DNA of 63,745 bases, filler included, from Octopus bimaculoides (lineage: Eukaryota), in NCBI RefSeq assembly GCF_001194135.2. It is 7 parts of 6 records of this genome, joined end to end, with 100 filler letters (N's around TTAATTAATTAA, not from the genome) between each part and the next. Parts side by side here need not be neighbours in the genome. Positions count along the whole stretch, not along the records: positions 32,843 to 52,825 come from NC_068981.1; positions 52,926 to 57,223 come from NW_026395732.1; positions 57,324 to 61,092 come from NC_068990.1; positions 61,193 to 62,564 come from NC_068984.1; 3 more parts are not named here. One strand, 5' to 3'. Made by a program: the position numbers and the translations under genes. Below are positions 50,095-62,564 of the stretch, piece after piece (within the stretch, counting starts at the first letter, position 1; each line of letters starts with the position of its first letter). A model generated the notes under the pieces. The model was not told where the DNA came from. It ran no database searches and was given only the letters and a program-made list of their open reading frames with translations.

Positions 50095-50695
50095 ATACTT
50101 TACAGCTAATTCGGTTATTCGACCCCAGAAGAATGACAGCTAAAACTGACTTCAGCGGGATTTGAACTCGGAACCTAAAGAGAAGCAGCAAATTACCGCA
50201 AGTCATATTGTACGATGCTATGTAGTTTCTATCAGTTCATCGTCCTTAAAACTCCCAGTAAAAAATCAACGACAAAAACCATAACACTGATAATAACAAA
50301 AAGCTAAGTGTGATCCCGAAAACTATAAAACAGCATCGATAGGCAGTTATGGTGATGTTGCTTTATAGCTTTCAGTATTTAGTTGAGTGTGGAGACGCGT
50401 GGCCTCGTGGTTAGAGTGTTGCATTCACGTCATAAGGTCATGGTGTCGATTCCTATATTGGCTGGTGCGTTGTGTTCTTCATAAAACACTTCATTTCACG
50501 TTGCTCTACGATCACTTTGGCATCTGACGCGTGGCACAACAGACACCTGTATAGGCAGTTTGATGGAGGGAGTGAGTTAATATACGACACAGCCATTTGA
50601 TCCCTATAAACAAACTGTCTGTGCAGGGTGTTCAGTAAGGAATTGAAGAACCCTAATATTTCGTTTACGACAGGAGAGTCCCCCAGCACCACCAC
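50095..50695. mobile_element. SINE family C fragment (-, 50095-50235) and SINE family A (+, 50388-50695)
   Basis: ttcagcgggatttgaactcggaac (reverse B box); gtggagacgcgtggcctcgtggttagagtg head. Confidence 0.75.
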
Positions 50696-52486
50696 CGCCA
50701 TATACATTTAGTTGTGTTCACTTTGCATTTGGAGTCTGGATTTAATAAAGTGCCTGCTTTGTAATGATGTGGATGGCTGGATTTCCGTTGTCAATGATGA
50801 GGATTCTTTGTTTGATTAACTGAATTAAGGTGTAACTGGCTGAGTATCCACACAACAAACGTGACAATGCTGTACCTTTGAATTACGAGCACAATTTATC
50901 CGAGTGGGTACTATACAACTTCTGTCTACTCGGTTTCACTCACGAGGTATTGTTTGACACAAGGCTTTAGAAAAGACACTGGTCCAAAATGTCATGCAGT
51001 GGAACTAAGCCCGAGATATCGTGACTGCGAAGTGAATTTCTTTATCATTCGGTTATATTGCTATTAACTACAGTAGTTATCGAATATCAAACTGTTACCA
51101 ATAAAAGTAATCATAGGAACATTTAAGAAATCACAGATACTAAAACACGAATCTACACATGCAACAGTAAATACTTATATAAATATACAGATGCATACAA
51201 GCCACTGAGGTGGCGCCCGTGCAGTTATTCCACCAATTGCAAAAAGCAATCAAATCTCCATTAAGTAACATCCTACTGTTTCAAAATATAAAATTCACAC
51301 TGAATAATGTTGTTTTAGAAACAATACGTCTGAAAACAAAAAAACAACAAAAGACGAAATGGTTACGGCTGGAACGCTTCTAATAATCAGTCTATACGAT
51401 CAGGGCTAACAGACGGGTACACAACGATAAGAAAAACGAGTCAACGAAATAACGAACGTTGAAGTTGCTTCTATGTAGTTACGTAAACTACGAGAAATAA
51501 CAAACAAATCTCTATTAAATCACAACCTACTAACCCTAAGAGAAGGCATAGAGTAGTGTAAATTTGAGATAATTTATCGAAAAACAGAATGGCCATAGTT
51601 ACAATATCACTGAATATAAATCTATTCGATCGGGCTTATCTGTGCCTAATCAACCATTACAAGAACAACTTCACAGAAGTCTATATTATACACTATCTAG
51701 ATCTCTATTTCATTCATTTACCTATTTTGTTCCTTTAACAAATATTGACTTACTAACGAAAGTTCGATTTGGCGTTTGCATAGGCGTGTGGATTCCAAAA
51801 TGTCTGCTACTGCATTATTTTTGTGTGATTTGGTCGTACAAGACTTTACCACTACATATTTCCTTCTAAGCTTTCACCCGAAGATCCGGTTATATCCATT
51901 AATCAATAATTTTGTATTCTACTGTACAACATTCAACTCTACTTCAAACAGATAGAAAACATGTCCAAGTACAGCAAATAAATGTGTTGCTCAGATGAAA
52001 GAATGTCGACTGCTCCTATCAAATATATCTAATGATCTAGATAATATATGCAAAGATATAAATATGTAGACACAAAAATATATATATGTATAGGCATATA
52101 TATTCACATTAATATTTTTATATACAAGTTATGATATGTTTGTTATATTTCATATATATATGTTATATATTTGCATATCTATGTATCACATATACATTAT
52201 ATCATATTATATACTATAAAATAATACACATAAATAGAATATGTGATATTGATATCGAGTTATATTACTGGAAAAGAATTTACACGAATAAAAGAAAACC
52301 ATATGCAACGCAGATTTAGAGTCAATTATATGTATCGATATAATCTTGATACAACATAGAATATAGTTACTCGGAGATTTTTTTATCTGCTTTATTTCAT
52401 ATAATCATCTGCTGATCGTCTGGAATAATCTACATTTATGAAACTGTGTAACATTGTTCCAGGTTGTGCCACCAGAATTACGTTAA

Positions 52487-52549
<63 letters not shown>

Positions 52550-52982
52550 ATCATGGACGGACGGTAGACACATCGGCTCCCATGTAAGTTGCATTTTTCA
52601 CCTCTTAAAAGACCTATTTTGTTTTAAAATTTTGTATAAGTTGTGTATAACACAAAATACTTCGTGAACATATATTTTTCAAATCGGAAATAGCTCTATT
52701 TAGAGCCTTATTTCCAAAAATTCAAACATATCTTCCTCGTTCCTAGCCATATTCTTTAAAACGAATATGGCTAAGGTTTTCAACGAGGCCGACTTCCCGC
52801 TCCTAATGCCAGAGGCGAAAACACTNNNNNNNNNNNNNNNNNNNNNNNNNNNNNNNNNNNNNNNNNNNNTTAATTAATTAANNNNNNNNNNNNNNNNNNN
52901 NNNNNNNNNNNNNNNNNNNNNNNNNGTTTTTTTTTTTTTTTTTGTTATGGGGTCTGGTTGCAGTCTTTTGTTGTATTAGTGT

Positions 52983-54690
52983 TTGGCTTTCATTGACATG
53001 GAGAAAGTATTTGACAGTGTCCCCCGATCCCTTATCTGGTGGTCAGTATGGAAACTAGGGATAGACGAGTGGTTAGTGAGAACTGTACAATCTATATACA
53101 GGGATGCTACCAGTAAGGTGAGAGTTGGCAATGAGTATAGCAAAAAATTCAGAGTACAAGTAGGGGTTCACCAAGGATTGGTGCTCAGCCCCCTCTTGTT
53201 CATCATAATCCTTAGAGCTATACAAACCATGTACAGGGATGCTGTCAGTAAGTTGACGGTTGGCAATGAGTATAGTGAAGAATTCCGGGTAGGAGTAGGG
53301 GTCCACAAAGAATCAGTTCTCAGCTCCCTCTTCAGAGGAATTCAGGACAGGTTGACCCTAGGAGCTCCTCTATTTTGATGACCTTGCTCTGATAGCTGAA
53401 TCACTACCAGAACTAGAGGAAAAGTTTCAGGTGTGGAAGCAAGGTCTAAAAATCGAAGGGCCTTAGAGTCAATCTAGCTAAAACCGAAGTCTTAGTAAGT
53501 AAGAAGGCAGATAACCCACAAATCCCTTCAGATAGATGGCCCTGCTCAATTTGTAGGAAATGTGTAGGTAGAAACTTCATAAGATGTATCTGGTGTAAGC
53601 TATTGACACATAAAAGGTGCAGCAATATCGAAGGAAGGCTAACTGGGAAGATAGTGTTTGTGTGTGGCAGATGCACTGGGGCAATAAACACTGTAAATTT
53701 TCAGAGAACAGCTTCCATCACATGTCCAGGGGAAAAATTGCAAGTAGTTGATAGCTTCTGTTACCTAGGTGACCAATTCAGCAGTGGTGGTGGATGCTCT
53801 GAGAGTGTAGCTGCTAGAATAAGAATAGTCAGGGCAAAGTTCAGAGAGCTCCTAAATCTGCTGATGACAAAGGGCCTCTGACTCTAAGTGAAAGGCAGAC
53901 TGTATGATGCTTGTGTGCGAACAGCCATACTACACGACAATGAAAAATGGGCTGTGACTGCTCAGGATATGCATAAGCTTGCAAGGAATAAAGCCAGTAT
54001 GCTCCGCTNNNNNNNNNNATGCATAAGCTTGCAAGGAATAAAGCCAGTATGCTCCGCTGGATGTGTAATGTCAGTGTGCATACTAGACAGAGTGTAAGTA
54101 CCTTGAGAGAAATGTTGGACATAAGAAGTATCAGATGTGGTGTACAAGAGAGGCAACTGTGCTGGTATGGTCATGTGTTGCATAAGGATGAGGACAGCTG
54201 TGTGAAAAAGTGTCACACCCTAACTGTGGAGAGAACCTGTGGAAGAAGTAGACCCAGGAAGACCTGGGTTGAGGTGGTGAAGCATGACCTTTGAACGAAT
54301 TTGGTTCAACTTCAATTTCACTTGTTGGGGCAAGTGAAATCGAAATTGAACCAAATTCGATGACTGGCTCCTGTGCCAGTGGAGTGCTAACAGCACCATC
54401 TGAGCGTGATCATTGCCAGAGCAGCTGTCTGGCTTCTGTGCCTGTGGTACATGAAAAAACATTTGAGCGAGGTCATTACCAATACCGCTGAACTTGCTCC
54501 TGTGCAGGTGGCACGTAATAGCATCCACTACACTCTTGGAGTGGTTGGCGTTAGGAAGGGCATCCAGCTGTAGAAATTCTGCCAAATCAGATTGGAGCCT
54601 GGTGTAGCCATCTGGTTCACCAGTCCTCAGTCAAACCGTCCAACCCATGCTAGCATGGAAAGCGGACATTAAACGATGATGATGATGATA
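52983..54690 (+). mobile_element. RTE-clade LINE, 5'-truncated: RT with PHD-like insert, C-terminus, tandem-repeat 3' UTR and (GAT)n tail
   Basis: MAFIDMEKVFDSVPR; VGVHQGLVLSPLLF; DDLALIAE; FCYLGDQ; LCWYGHV; GRSRPRKTW; 3' end ggagtggttggcgttaggaagggcatccagc...catgctagcatggaaagcggacattaaacgatgatgat. Confidence 0.95.
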
Positions 54691-55279
54691 TATATATNNN
54701 NNNNNNNNNNNNNNNNNNNNNNNNNNNNNNNNNNNNNNNNNNNNNNNNNNNNNNNNNNNNNNNNNNNNNNNNNNNNNNNNNNNNNNNNNNNNNNNNNNNN
54801 NNNNNNNNNNNNNNNNNNNNNNNNNNNNNNNNNNNNNNNNNNNNNNNNNNNNNNNNNNNNNNNNNNNNNNNNNNNNNNNNNNNNNNNNNNNNNNNNNNNN
54901 NNNNNNNNNNNNNNNNNNNNNNNNNNNNNNNNNNNNNNNNNNNNNNNNNNNNNNNNNNNNNNNNNNNNNNNNNNNNNNNNNNNNNNNNNNNNNNNNNNNN
55001 NNNNNNNNNNNNNNNNNNNNNNNNNNNNNNNNNNNNNNNNNNNNNNNNNNNNNNNNNNNNNNNNNNNNNNNNNNNNNNNNNNNNNNNNNNNNNNNNNNNN
55101 NNNNNNNNNNNNNNNNNNNNNNNNNNNNNNNNNNNNNNNNNNNNNNNNNNNNNNNNNNNNNNNNNNNNNNNNNNNNNNNNNNNNNNNNNNNNNNNNNNNN
55201 NNNNNTATTCTCTCACATTCTTTGTCTACCATTCCTGTTCCAAACAGACAGGCATCATCAATTAAGCGACACACTTGTT

Positions 55280-56000
55280 CCTCCTTATTGAGTGCAATAA
55301 TAATGGAATCATTATTAAACCTGGGGGTTTCCAGAATGTTTCATATCCCACAGTACCTTCAGATGGTCATCTTCAAGGACGTGTTCCGTTTTATGGTCAT
55401 ACTATTTTCCCACATGTTCAAATCCAGAATTCTTTTACAGATTTGCCAATGTGTGGTTGTAACAGTCTTGTCATGTCTCCAGATATTAGAAACCCCCTGA
55501 GTAAGCATTTTACATCCAGAAGCTACGTCTGCAGCCATCACTTTCACCACACATTCTACATTTAGTTGAGATATCTTCCTGATGTATCTTGTTCTGGTTG
55601 TTGATCTTGCACAAATAGGATGAAAAAAAAGAACAAACCCTGTCTCTTTCTTCAAAATTCCCTTCTTTATTCTCTGAAATGACTTCTCATCTCAATATCC
55701 TTCATATTTTTAATAAACATTTCTTGTTCCAAAATCTTCACCTCTTTTTCCAGTCACACCTTTTCCACTCTTACTGCCTTCAAAAGCACCTCAACACTCT
55801 CAACAACATACTCCCTTATAAATCTCTTTCTCCACTTCCATACAATCTTCTCCCTCCATTCTTTCTCTTGAAATACAAATCTGTGGATGCAGTGCATTGT
55901 AGAATGTCAGCAGTTTCTTTGTTTTCCCATCTCCGTTCTGAAGGTCTTCCATTTCCCATTTAATAATTCCATCACAGTTTGTGATGATGGTTACTTCTCT
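55280..56000 (-). mobile_element. Dong/R4 LINE C-terminal remnant
   Basis: GIIKWEMEDLQ.GDGKTKKLLTFYNALHP; ETGFVL; KCRMCGESD...VASGCKML..WRHDK; HVLEDDHLKVLWD. Confidence 0.82.
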
Positions 56001-56017
56001 TGTGTTTATGACAGTAA

Positions 56018-56064
<47 letters not shown>

Positions 56065-56279
56065 ACTGAGTTTGAATTTCAATATCCTCTTTATCCTTTG
56101 GAAATATTCTCTCCTGAATAAAAAAAGAAAAAAATCCCGAAAAATTTGATAAAATGCAAGAAATAAAGACATACGGAGCAAACAAGAAGGTATTTCACTG
56201 AAAGTTCTTTCTGAAATAAGACTAAACTTTGTTTCTTGTACAGAAGATTGCTTGCTTCCAGTTTTGCACTCCCAAGCAA

Positions 56280-56900
56280 TGGTAAATATCAGTTTGGAGT
56301 GGGGTAAGTGAGAGTTAGATGAGGTTTGGGTAGGAGGGAGTGACGAGTAGCAGCGTAGGAGTAGCAGTGGAGAGCAGCAGAAGCATAAATTCATAAATAG
56401 ATAAGAGAGTACAGAGATGATGCACAGGATGTGACAGTGGAGGAGTTGGGTCGATAATGATGATCAACTGGGACAGAGATGGGAGTTAGAGATACATGAG
56501 GGGGGCTATAGTAAGTGGGGCCACAAAATTGGAGGTTGTATTAACAATGGATGTGAGAGGGTGTTGAGAATGATTGCAGATAGGAGAAGTGTTAAACATG
56601 AAGCCTGGCAGAGTAAGAGGGAGGGGGGGGAGATTAGTGAAGGGACAGAAAGGGATGATTGATGGAAGGTTGTATGGATAGAGATGATGATGAAAGAGAG
56701 GCAACTGGTATTATTGAAATGGTGGGGGTGGGTGAGAAGTATGTGCAGATTCTGCTCTCAAATGGTTACAGCTGTAAAGTAGGACCATAGTTAGAAGAGT
56801 AATGGCGGGATGGGTGTTAGGAAGATGAGATGTGGTGAAGGGGATGATTCACAGGGGCAGATGTGGATGTAGGGCCCAGCATGGACAGGAATAAGCACAA
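56280..56900 (-). mobile_element. possible old LINE remnant (C-rich sense strand)
   Basis: Strong G/A strand bias typical of Jockey/L2/I-type bodies; no clean motif recovered. Confidence 0.25.
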
Positions 56901-57433
56901 TGCATTCAGGACCTCACTTTTGCTATGACAGATATGTGTCTTTATGTGTCATTTTGTTCAACTTGCGCCAGGAGGTGTGTTGCCAGGCAGAAGACTGCAC
57001 CAGACTTCTCTGCATGCCAAAACAGACACAGAAGTCTGGTGCCATCTTCTGCCTGGCCAGTTCCTGTCAAACCATCCAACCTATGCCAGCATGGAAGGTA
57101 GATGTTAACGATGATGATGACACATTGATATTTGTTTATTTTCAGAAACTAAATTATCAAGTCCATTCTTTCCTGGTCCACCACAGAAAACATCCCCAAT
57201 GACATCCACGATTAATGTGATATNNNNNNNNNNNNNNNNNNNNNNNNNNNNNNNNNNNNNNNNNNNNTTAATTAATTAANNNNNNNNNNNNNNNNNNNNN
57301 NNNNNNNNNNNNNNNNNNNNNNNTATATATATATATATATATATGTATGTACGAAAAATAACAACAACAGACGAGGACAGGTGGTGTAAACAACAAAAGG
57401 ATGTATTAGTTTGACGCTCGGGAATACAGAAAG

Positions 57434-57470
57434 TCTTTAACGTTTCGAGCTACGCTCTTCAACAGAAAGA
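57434..57470 (-). ncRNA. minimal Penelope-type hammerhead motif
   Basis: Minus strand: tcttt CTGTTGA A gagc-gta-gctc GAAAC GTT aaaga. Stem I has 5 bp, stem II has 4 bp and stem III has zero loop; A6 is changed to U. Confidence 0.62.
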
Positions 57471-57791
57471 ATACGGAGAAAACAAGGAGAAAAACACAGA
57501 GAAAAAAAATTGAATGGTGTTTGGTCAACGATCTATCATGGCTTCTGTCATGGCTTCAGGAGACCACTAGGTGGACTGTTAATGTGCTAGAAGAAGATCA
57601 CAGGTAATGTGTCTACTAAGACCAAATTGTTCTCAAAGGAAATTTAGCAAAGAAACAAAACGTATACGGGCAAGACAAGTGAAAATTACATAAATATATA
57701 CAAAGTTCTTTGCAAACTAGTTTTGAAATTAACATTTTCTCACCGAAAATATCTTTATTCAAAATTTGGACAGAACTTATGNNNNNNNNNN

Positions 57792-58235
57792 CAATCTGAT
57801 TTGGCTGAGTTTCTACAGCTAGATGCCCTTCCTAACACCAACCACTCCGAGAGTGTAATGGGTGCTTTTACGTGCACCGGCACGAAGGCCAGTCAGGCGG
57901 TACTGGCAATGGCCACGCTCAAAATGGTGTATTTTACGTGCCACCTGCACAGGAGCTAGTCTAGCGGCACTGGCAAGAACCTCTCTCCAATGTCTTTTCA
58001 CGAGCCACCGGCACAAGTGCCAGGAAGGCGATGCTGGTAACGATCATGCTCAAATGGTGTTATTTACGTGCCACTGGCATGGAAGCCAGACAGCTGCTCT
58101 GGCAACGATCACGCTCGGACGGTGCTCTTAGCGCTCCACTGGTACAGGTGCCATCACAATTTTGGTGCCATCACGATTTTGCTTTCACTTGCCCAAACAG
58201 GTCTTCGCAAGCCAAGTTTAGTGTCCAATGACAGT
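57792..58235 (-). mobile_element. RTE 3' UTR copy with five tandem about 65-bp units
   Basis: Reverse complement of the 54300-54600 3' end. Shorter 3' tips of the same family lie at about 57050-57120 (+) and 60330-60395 (-). Confidence 0.88.
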
Positions 58236-58449
58236 GGTAATCAGTCCTCTATGCCAGACGTCTGGTATAGAAATAGTTAGTGAAACCTTTCACTGTCAGT
58301 TGTAACTGCAGCCATTCCCTTATTTTTATTATCATGGAGGCTTGTATTTAGGTCTTAAAACATGTAACTTCTGTAGGGAGAGTGTAGAAAAATATTAAGC
58401 TGTTACATTGAATAGGTTGTGAATTATAGACAATCCCTTTTTACTCAAA

Positions 58450-58668
58450 CTAACCCTTTTGATACAAATCTATCTGAGATTGCCTTTGGTTCCATTATAT
58501 GGATTTACTGTTTTAAGTGATCCAAATTCAAACTTTCCATTTAAATTTATGCTTCAAACACATTATAAAAACGACAAAATTATTTTATTAAGTTCTTTGT
58601 TATTTTCAAAATTAATTGGAACAAAGGCAATATATTTTAACAGAAATATGGTAACAAAAGGATTTTAA
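58450..58668. mobile_element. piggyBac-like MITE
   Basis: ctaa|ccctttt gatac ... gtaac aaaagga|ttttaa: decayed CCCTT...AAGGG termini with TTAA-like flanks. Confidence 0.55.
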
Positions 58669-59233
58669 AAATTATATCATATGACTAATTGAAGTGTTCT
58701 AAATGTGCTGAAGTGTTCTAAACAGAGGGAGAAAGCTTGTGTGAAGAGCAACAATAGAATTAGAACGTGTAACAGATTAAAGCTTGTGTTCAAGGACTAT
58801 ATTGACTAATGCTACACATACTTCACTACTACACTGAAGTTACTTACCCCTGTTTGAATTTCAGAAAATTTAGGATCAAAATTTGATTCCTGAAAGCAAA
58901 AAAAGCATGATACAAGACTGTTTAGGATTTCATGCCAAAATTACCATATTGTATTGACCAACTTTACGAAGTATTTTGAATGTAAGGTTTCAAGTAATTA
59001 TCACATTGATTCTTTCAAGTTGATATAAAAAAATTCAGCAATATAAAGTTTGTCCTGATCAAATTCTACTAGAAATGGTTAAAGCCAAGTGTTATTTGTA
59101 ATATCATACTATTCTGTTCTTTATTAAATATATTCAAGCCAATCATTTGAAATTGACACTAAGATTACTGGATGCTACTTTAGTATACAGTAAACTGCAG
59201 TATCCATAGTCCACACAGACACGCAAACACACA

Positions 59234-59274
<41 letters not shown>

Positions 59275-59667
59275 ATGCATACATTTGTATGTAGACCACA
59301 CACATACACAAGTACAACCATAATCACATTCATATAAAACAATACATACATGTAACAACCACAGGCAAAGATTACAGTTGTCATGTTTGAATAAGAATAA
59401 ATTTTTAACAGCTTAATTCTATAAGCTGATCCGATTTATGGATAAACACTCTGAAAATATTCTAAATTATTTAAGTTAGAATTGGACCAAAAAAGGAGAG
59501 TTTATAAAGTTGTTATGAATTTTATTATTAGCCATAGCATGGCACCTTGGGCAAGAGTCTTCTACTATAGCCTCACACCAACCAAAGCCTTTTTATTGGA
59601 TTTGGCAGATGGAATCTGAAAGAAGCTCATCATAGGTTCTCAGAGGGAAACCAAGTAGACAAAAATT

Positions 59668-59730
59668 GCACAGAAGCCCATCAGATGGATTGTATCAGTA
59701 GGTACAATCCATCTGATTGGCCTTCTCTGT
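59668..59730. other. strong hairpin (15-bp perfect core, 8-nt loop, imperfect lower stem)
   Basis: atcagatggattgta (59680-59694) / tacaatccatctgat (59703-59717), extended by cagaagcc / ggccttctctg. It lies between SINE fragments. Confidence 0.7.
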
Positions 59731-60559
59731 ATCACCTTAATTGTGTTTGAGGGTACATGTGACTGTGGAATACTCAGCCATTTACATGCTAATTCAATAA
59801 GTAAGAGGTTTAGTTGATTAAACAACTGAATACTTATTGAAACTAATGGAAACTCATTTAAATATTGGCTAATAAAAGTGGCTCTCTATTTGGAGCTATG
59901 TACTTTCATTCAGGAAAACCACAGGTATTTATTAATCAGGAATAACAAACTAAGTTGTATGCATTAGCAATTTAGAACATACTATGCATGGTTTAACAAA
60001 GAGCCAATGTTTGCCTTCATAAGGGTGTAGAGCAATATCAAGTCCTCACCAAACAGGTTTTTCAGGTAAAAGTTATGAAATAATTTCAGTATGATTAGTC
60101 TACCATAACTTGGTTCAGTGCAGTGATAAATGAACGCAACATGCAAAGGCATTCACTTTGTGGCAGTAGAGAAGGAAACTGCTATTTGGGTTAAGCTGGA
60201 GTTGTTCTGTTAAAAGCTTTCATATTAAACTGCAAAGCATTTGACGGTATTACTGTATATCATTAACTGAAAACCAATGGTGTGCTCTACACATAATTAG
60301 ACTATATATACATACAGACACACACACTATATCATCATCATTTAATGTCCATTACCCATGCTGGCATGGGTTGGACAGTTTGACCAGAGCTGGCAAAATT
60401 AGACCCCGGTGTCCTTACAGGGAATTGATATTCTGCCAGATAAAGAATGACTGTAAGAAGGATCAAGTTGAGCAGATACAAAGGCAATTATGTGGATAAA
60501 CAAATTAGATACATTAACTATATTAAATATATGTTTCTATATTATAAATAGAGGCTGTG

Positions 60560-61092
60560 GTATTATGAGCCAGGCTGTGTTGTAGGGAAGGACCGGAAGT
60601 GAGGGAGTACGCACGTCCTGTCTGAAGTAGGGCCTGTGGGGCCCACCAGAAGTGCTGCGGTGGGCATGTGGGGTCGGCGAGGTGGAATGGTCAGTTGGCA
60701 GTGGACAGCATATGAAAGCAAACCTGTTAGATGGTATGGTGGCAGACAGAGCACGTGGATGTTGTGAGTGACCCCTTCCAGATAGATAGGCAGTACGGCA
60801 ACAGACAGAGCATGTAGACTTTGTGGGTGACCCTTCCAGATAGATAGGTAAGTGTTATGTTTCCCTCGGGTGACTCGTAGAGATAACACAACGAGTTATA
60901 CAATTTAATTATTACATTTATTGTTCAATTACATACAAAGAACGCACTCACCCAATGTTCGTTATGAATAAACAAAAGTCATGTCCGCCATATATATGTC
61001 AATGACATTTTACTACGACAGTCCCACAAGACAACAACAATGAAACAATGAACTCAGACGAACCACGTGACACACGGAACGTCAGACGAATT
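60560..61092 (+). mobile_element. possible LTR-retrotransposon 3' end (PPT-like purine tract then TG)
   Basis: GC-rich block with an about 58-bp tandem duplication, then agatagataggtaag|TGTTATG at about 60854; cut by a gap. Confidence 0.25.
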
Positions 61093-61304
61093 NNNNNNNN
61101 NNNNNNNNNNNNNNNNNNNNNNNNNNNNNNNNNNNNTTAATTAATTAANNNNNNNNNNNNNNNNNNNNNNNNNNNNNNNNNNNNNNNNNNNNTCCTATTA
61201 ATTTATGCTCTATTTTATGTTCCTACACCCCACACAGCCTTTGAATTCTTCTGTTCCAGTAAATTGTTAGCCAAAAAGTACAATTACCTCCAAGTTTAGA
61301 AGAA

Positions 61305-61312
61305 ACATAATG

Positions 61313-61400
<88 letters not shown>

Positions 61401-61667
61401 TAATAATAATAATGATAATAATAATAATGATAATAATAATAATATGAACTACAAAAAAAAAGCGGCTGTTCAAAATAACAATCGTCCTGTAATTTTCTTT
61501 TGATCATATTACCGTGAATGCAATTTTTTTTTATTTTTTCTCCTTTAGGATCATTCCTGATGAGTTATCGATTATTATTATTATCATCATTTTATTATTA
61601 TTATTATTATTATCATTATTATTATTAGTATTAGTATTATTATTATTGTTGTTGTTGTTGTTGTTGC

Positions 61668-61730
<63 letters not shown>
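61305..61730. repeat. (AAT)n tract and oppositely oriented (ATT)n tract
   Basis: Directly visible at 61305-61445 and 61570-61730. Confidence 0.95.
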
Positions 61731-61733
<3 letters not shown>

Positions 61734-62256
61734 ATTTTTCATATCATAAAAGTTGTATCTCTTTTATATTTATTATTTTAGTGTTAGTTTTCAATTTGAC
61801 AAAAAAAAAAAAGAAGTTCTAATTAATCAATAAATGTAAAAAAGTTCTTTAAAAAATACCAAATTCCATTGGTGTTCCTTTATATGAAACCTGTTTGAAT
61901 CTTTATTACAAAACAAAAAGACAAAACAAAAAACAAACAAACAAGGAATTGTTTGTTAATTTTTATTGTTTATTATAGTTGTTGTTTTAAAGAGAAAACT
62001 GTTGCCAATTTTAGCGAAAGAAAGAAAGGAAGCGTCCGATTGAAGAAGTATTTTCATACACTTCACTGTTTGTTGTTTATAAGATTGTATGAAATATTCT
62101 GGAGGTGATTCCGCCTTCCCTATGAACACGTTCGAAGAAAGTTCCCCCTCATTTCTACATAGAAAATATATAAATACATCGGGACGTATTTCTTTTGGAA
62201 TACATACATACATACATACATACATACATACATTCATACATACATACATACATACA

Positions 62257-62490
62257 TTGATGTGGAAATTCTAATGAAGGAGCCTTGGATCTAGGTTAGA
62301 AACCGGTTCTTTCTCTATTGGAATGAAATCTTGAAATAAATTGAATAATGACATACATACATAAATACATACATACAAACAAAAATACCCTGTTGTTGAT
62401 GTTGAAATTCCAATGAAGGAGCCTTGGATCTAGGCTAGAAACCGGTTCTTTCTCTATTCGTAAGAAAACTTGAAATAAAACTGAATCACA
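62257..62490 (+). repeat. direct repeat pair (period 139 bp), each with a hammerhead-like motif
   Basis: gaaatt CTAATGA aggagccttggatctaggtta GAAA CCGG TT ctttc at 62265-62315 and gaaatt CCAATGA aggagccttggatctaggcta GAAA CCGG TT ctttc at 62404-62454, separated by (TACA)n. Confidence 0.8.
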
Positions 62491-62527
62491 TACATGCGTA
62501 CAAATATGTATATATATATATACATAT

Positions 62528-62564
<37 letters not shown>

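Noticed and set aside
53959-54058. 40-bp direct repeat around a 10-N gap
   Set aside because: Overlapping contig ends joined by a nominal gap; an assembly artefact.
54365-58150. About 65-bp repeat arrays as CRISPR-like
   Set aside because: Eukaryotic context, degenerate repeats, variable parts homologous to each other, located in a LINE 3' UTR, and no cas genes.
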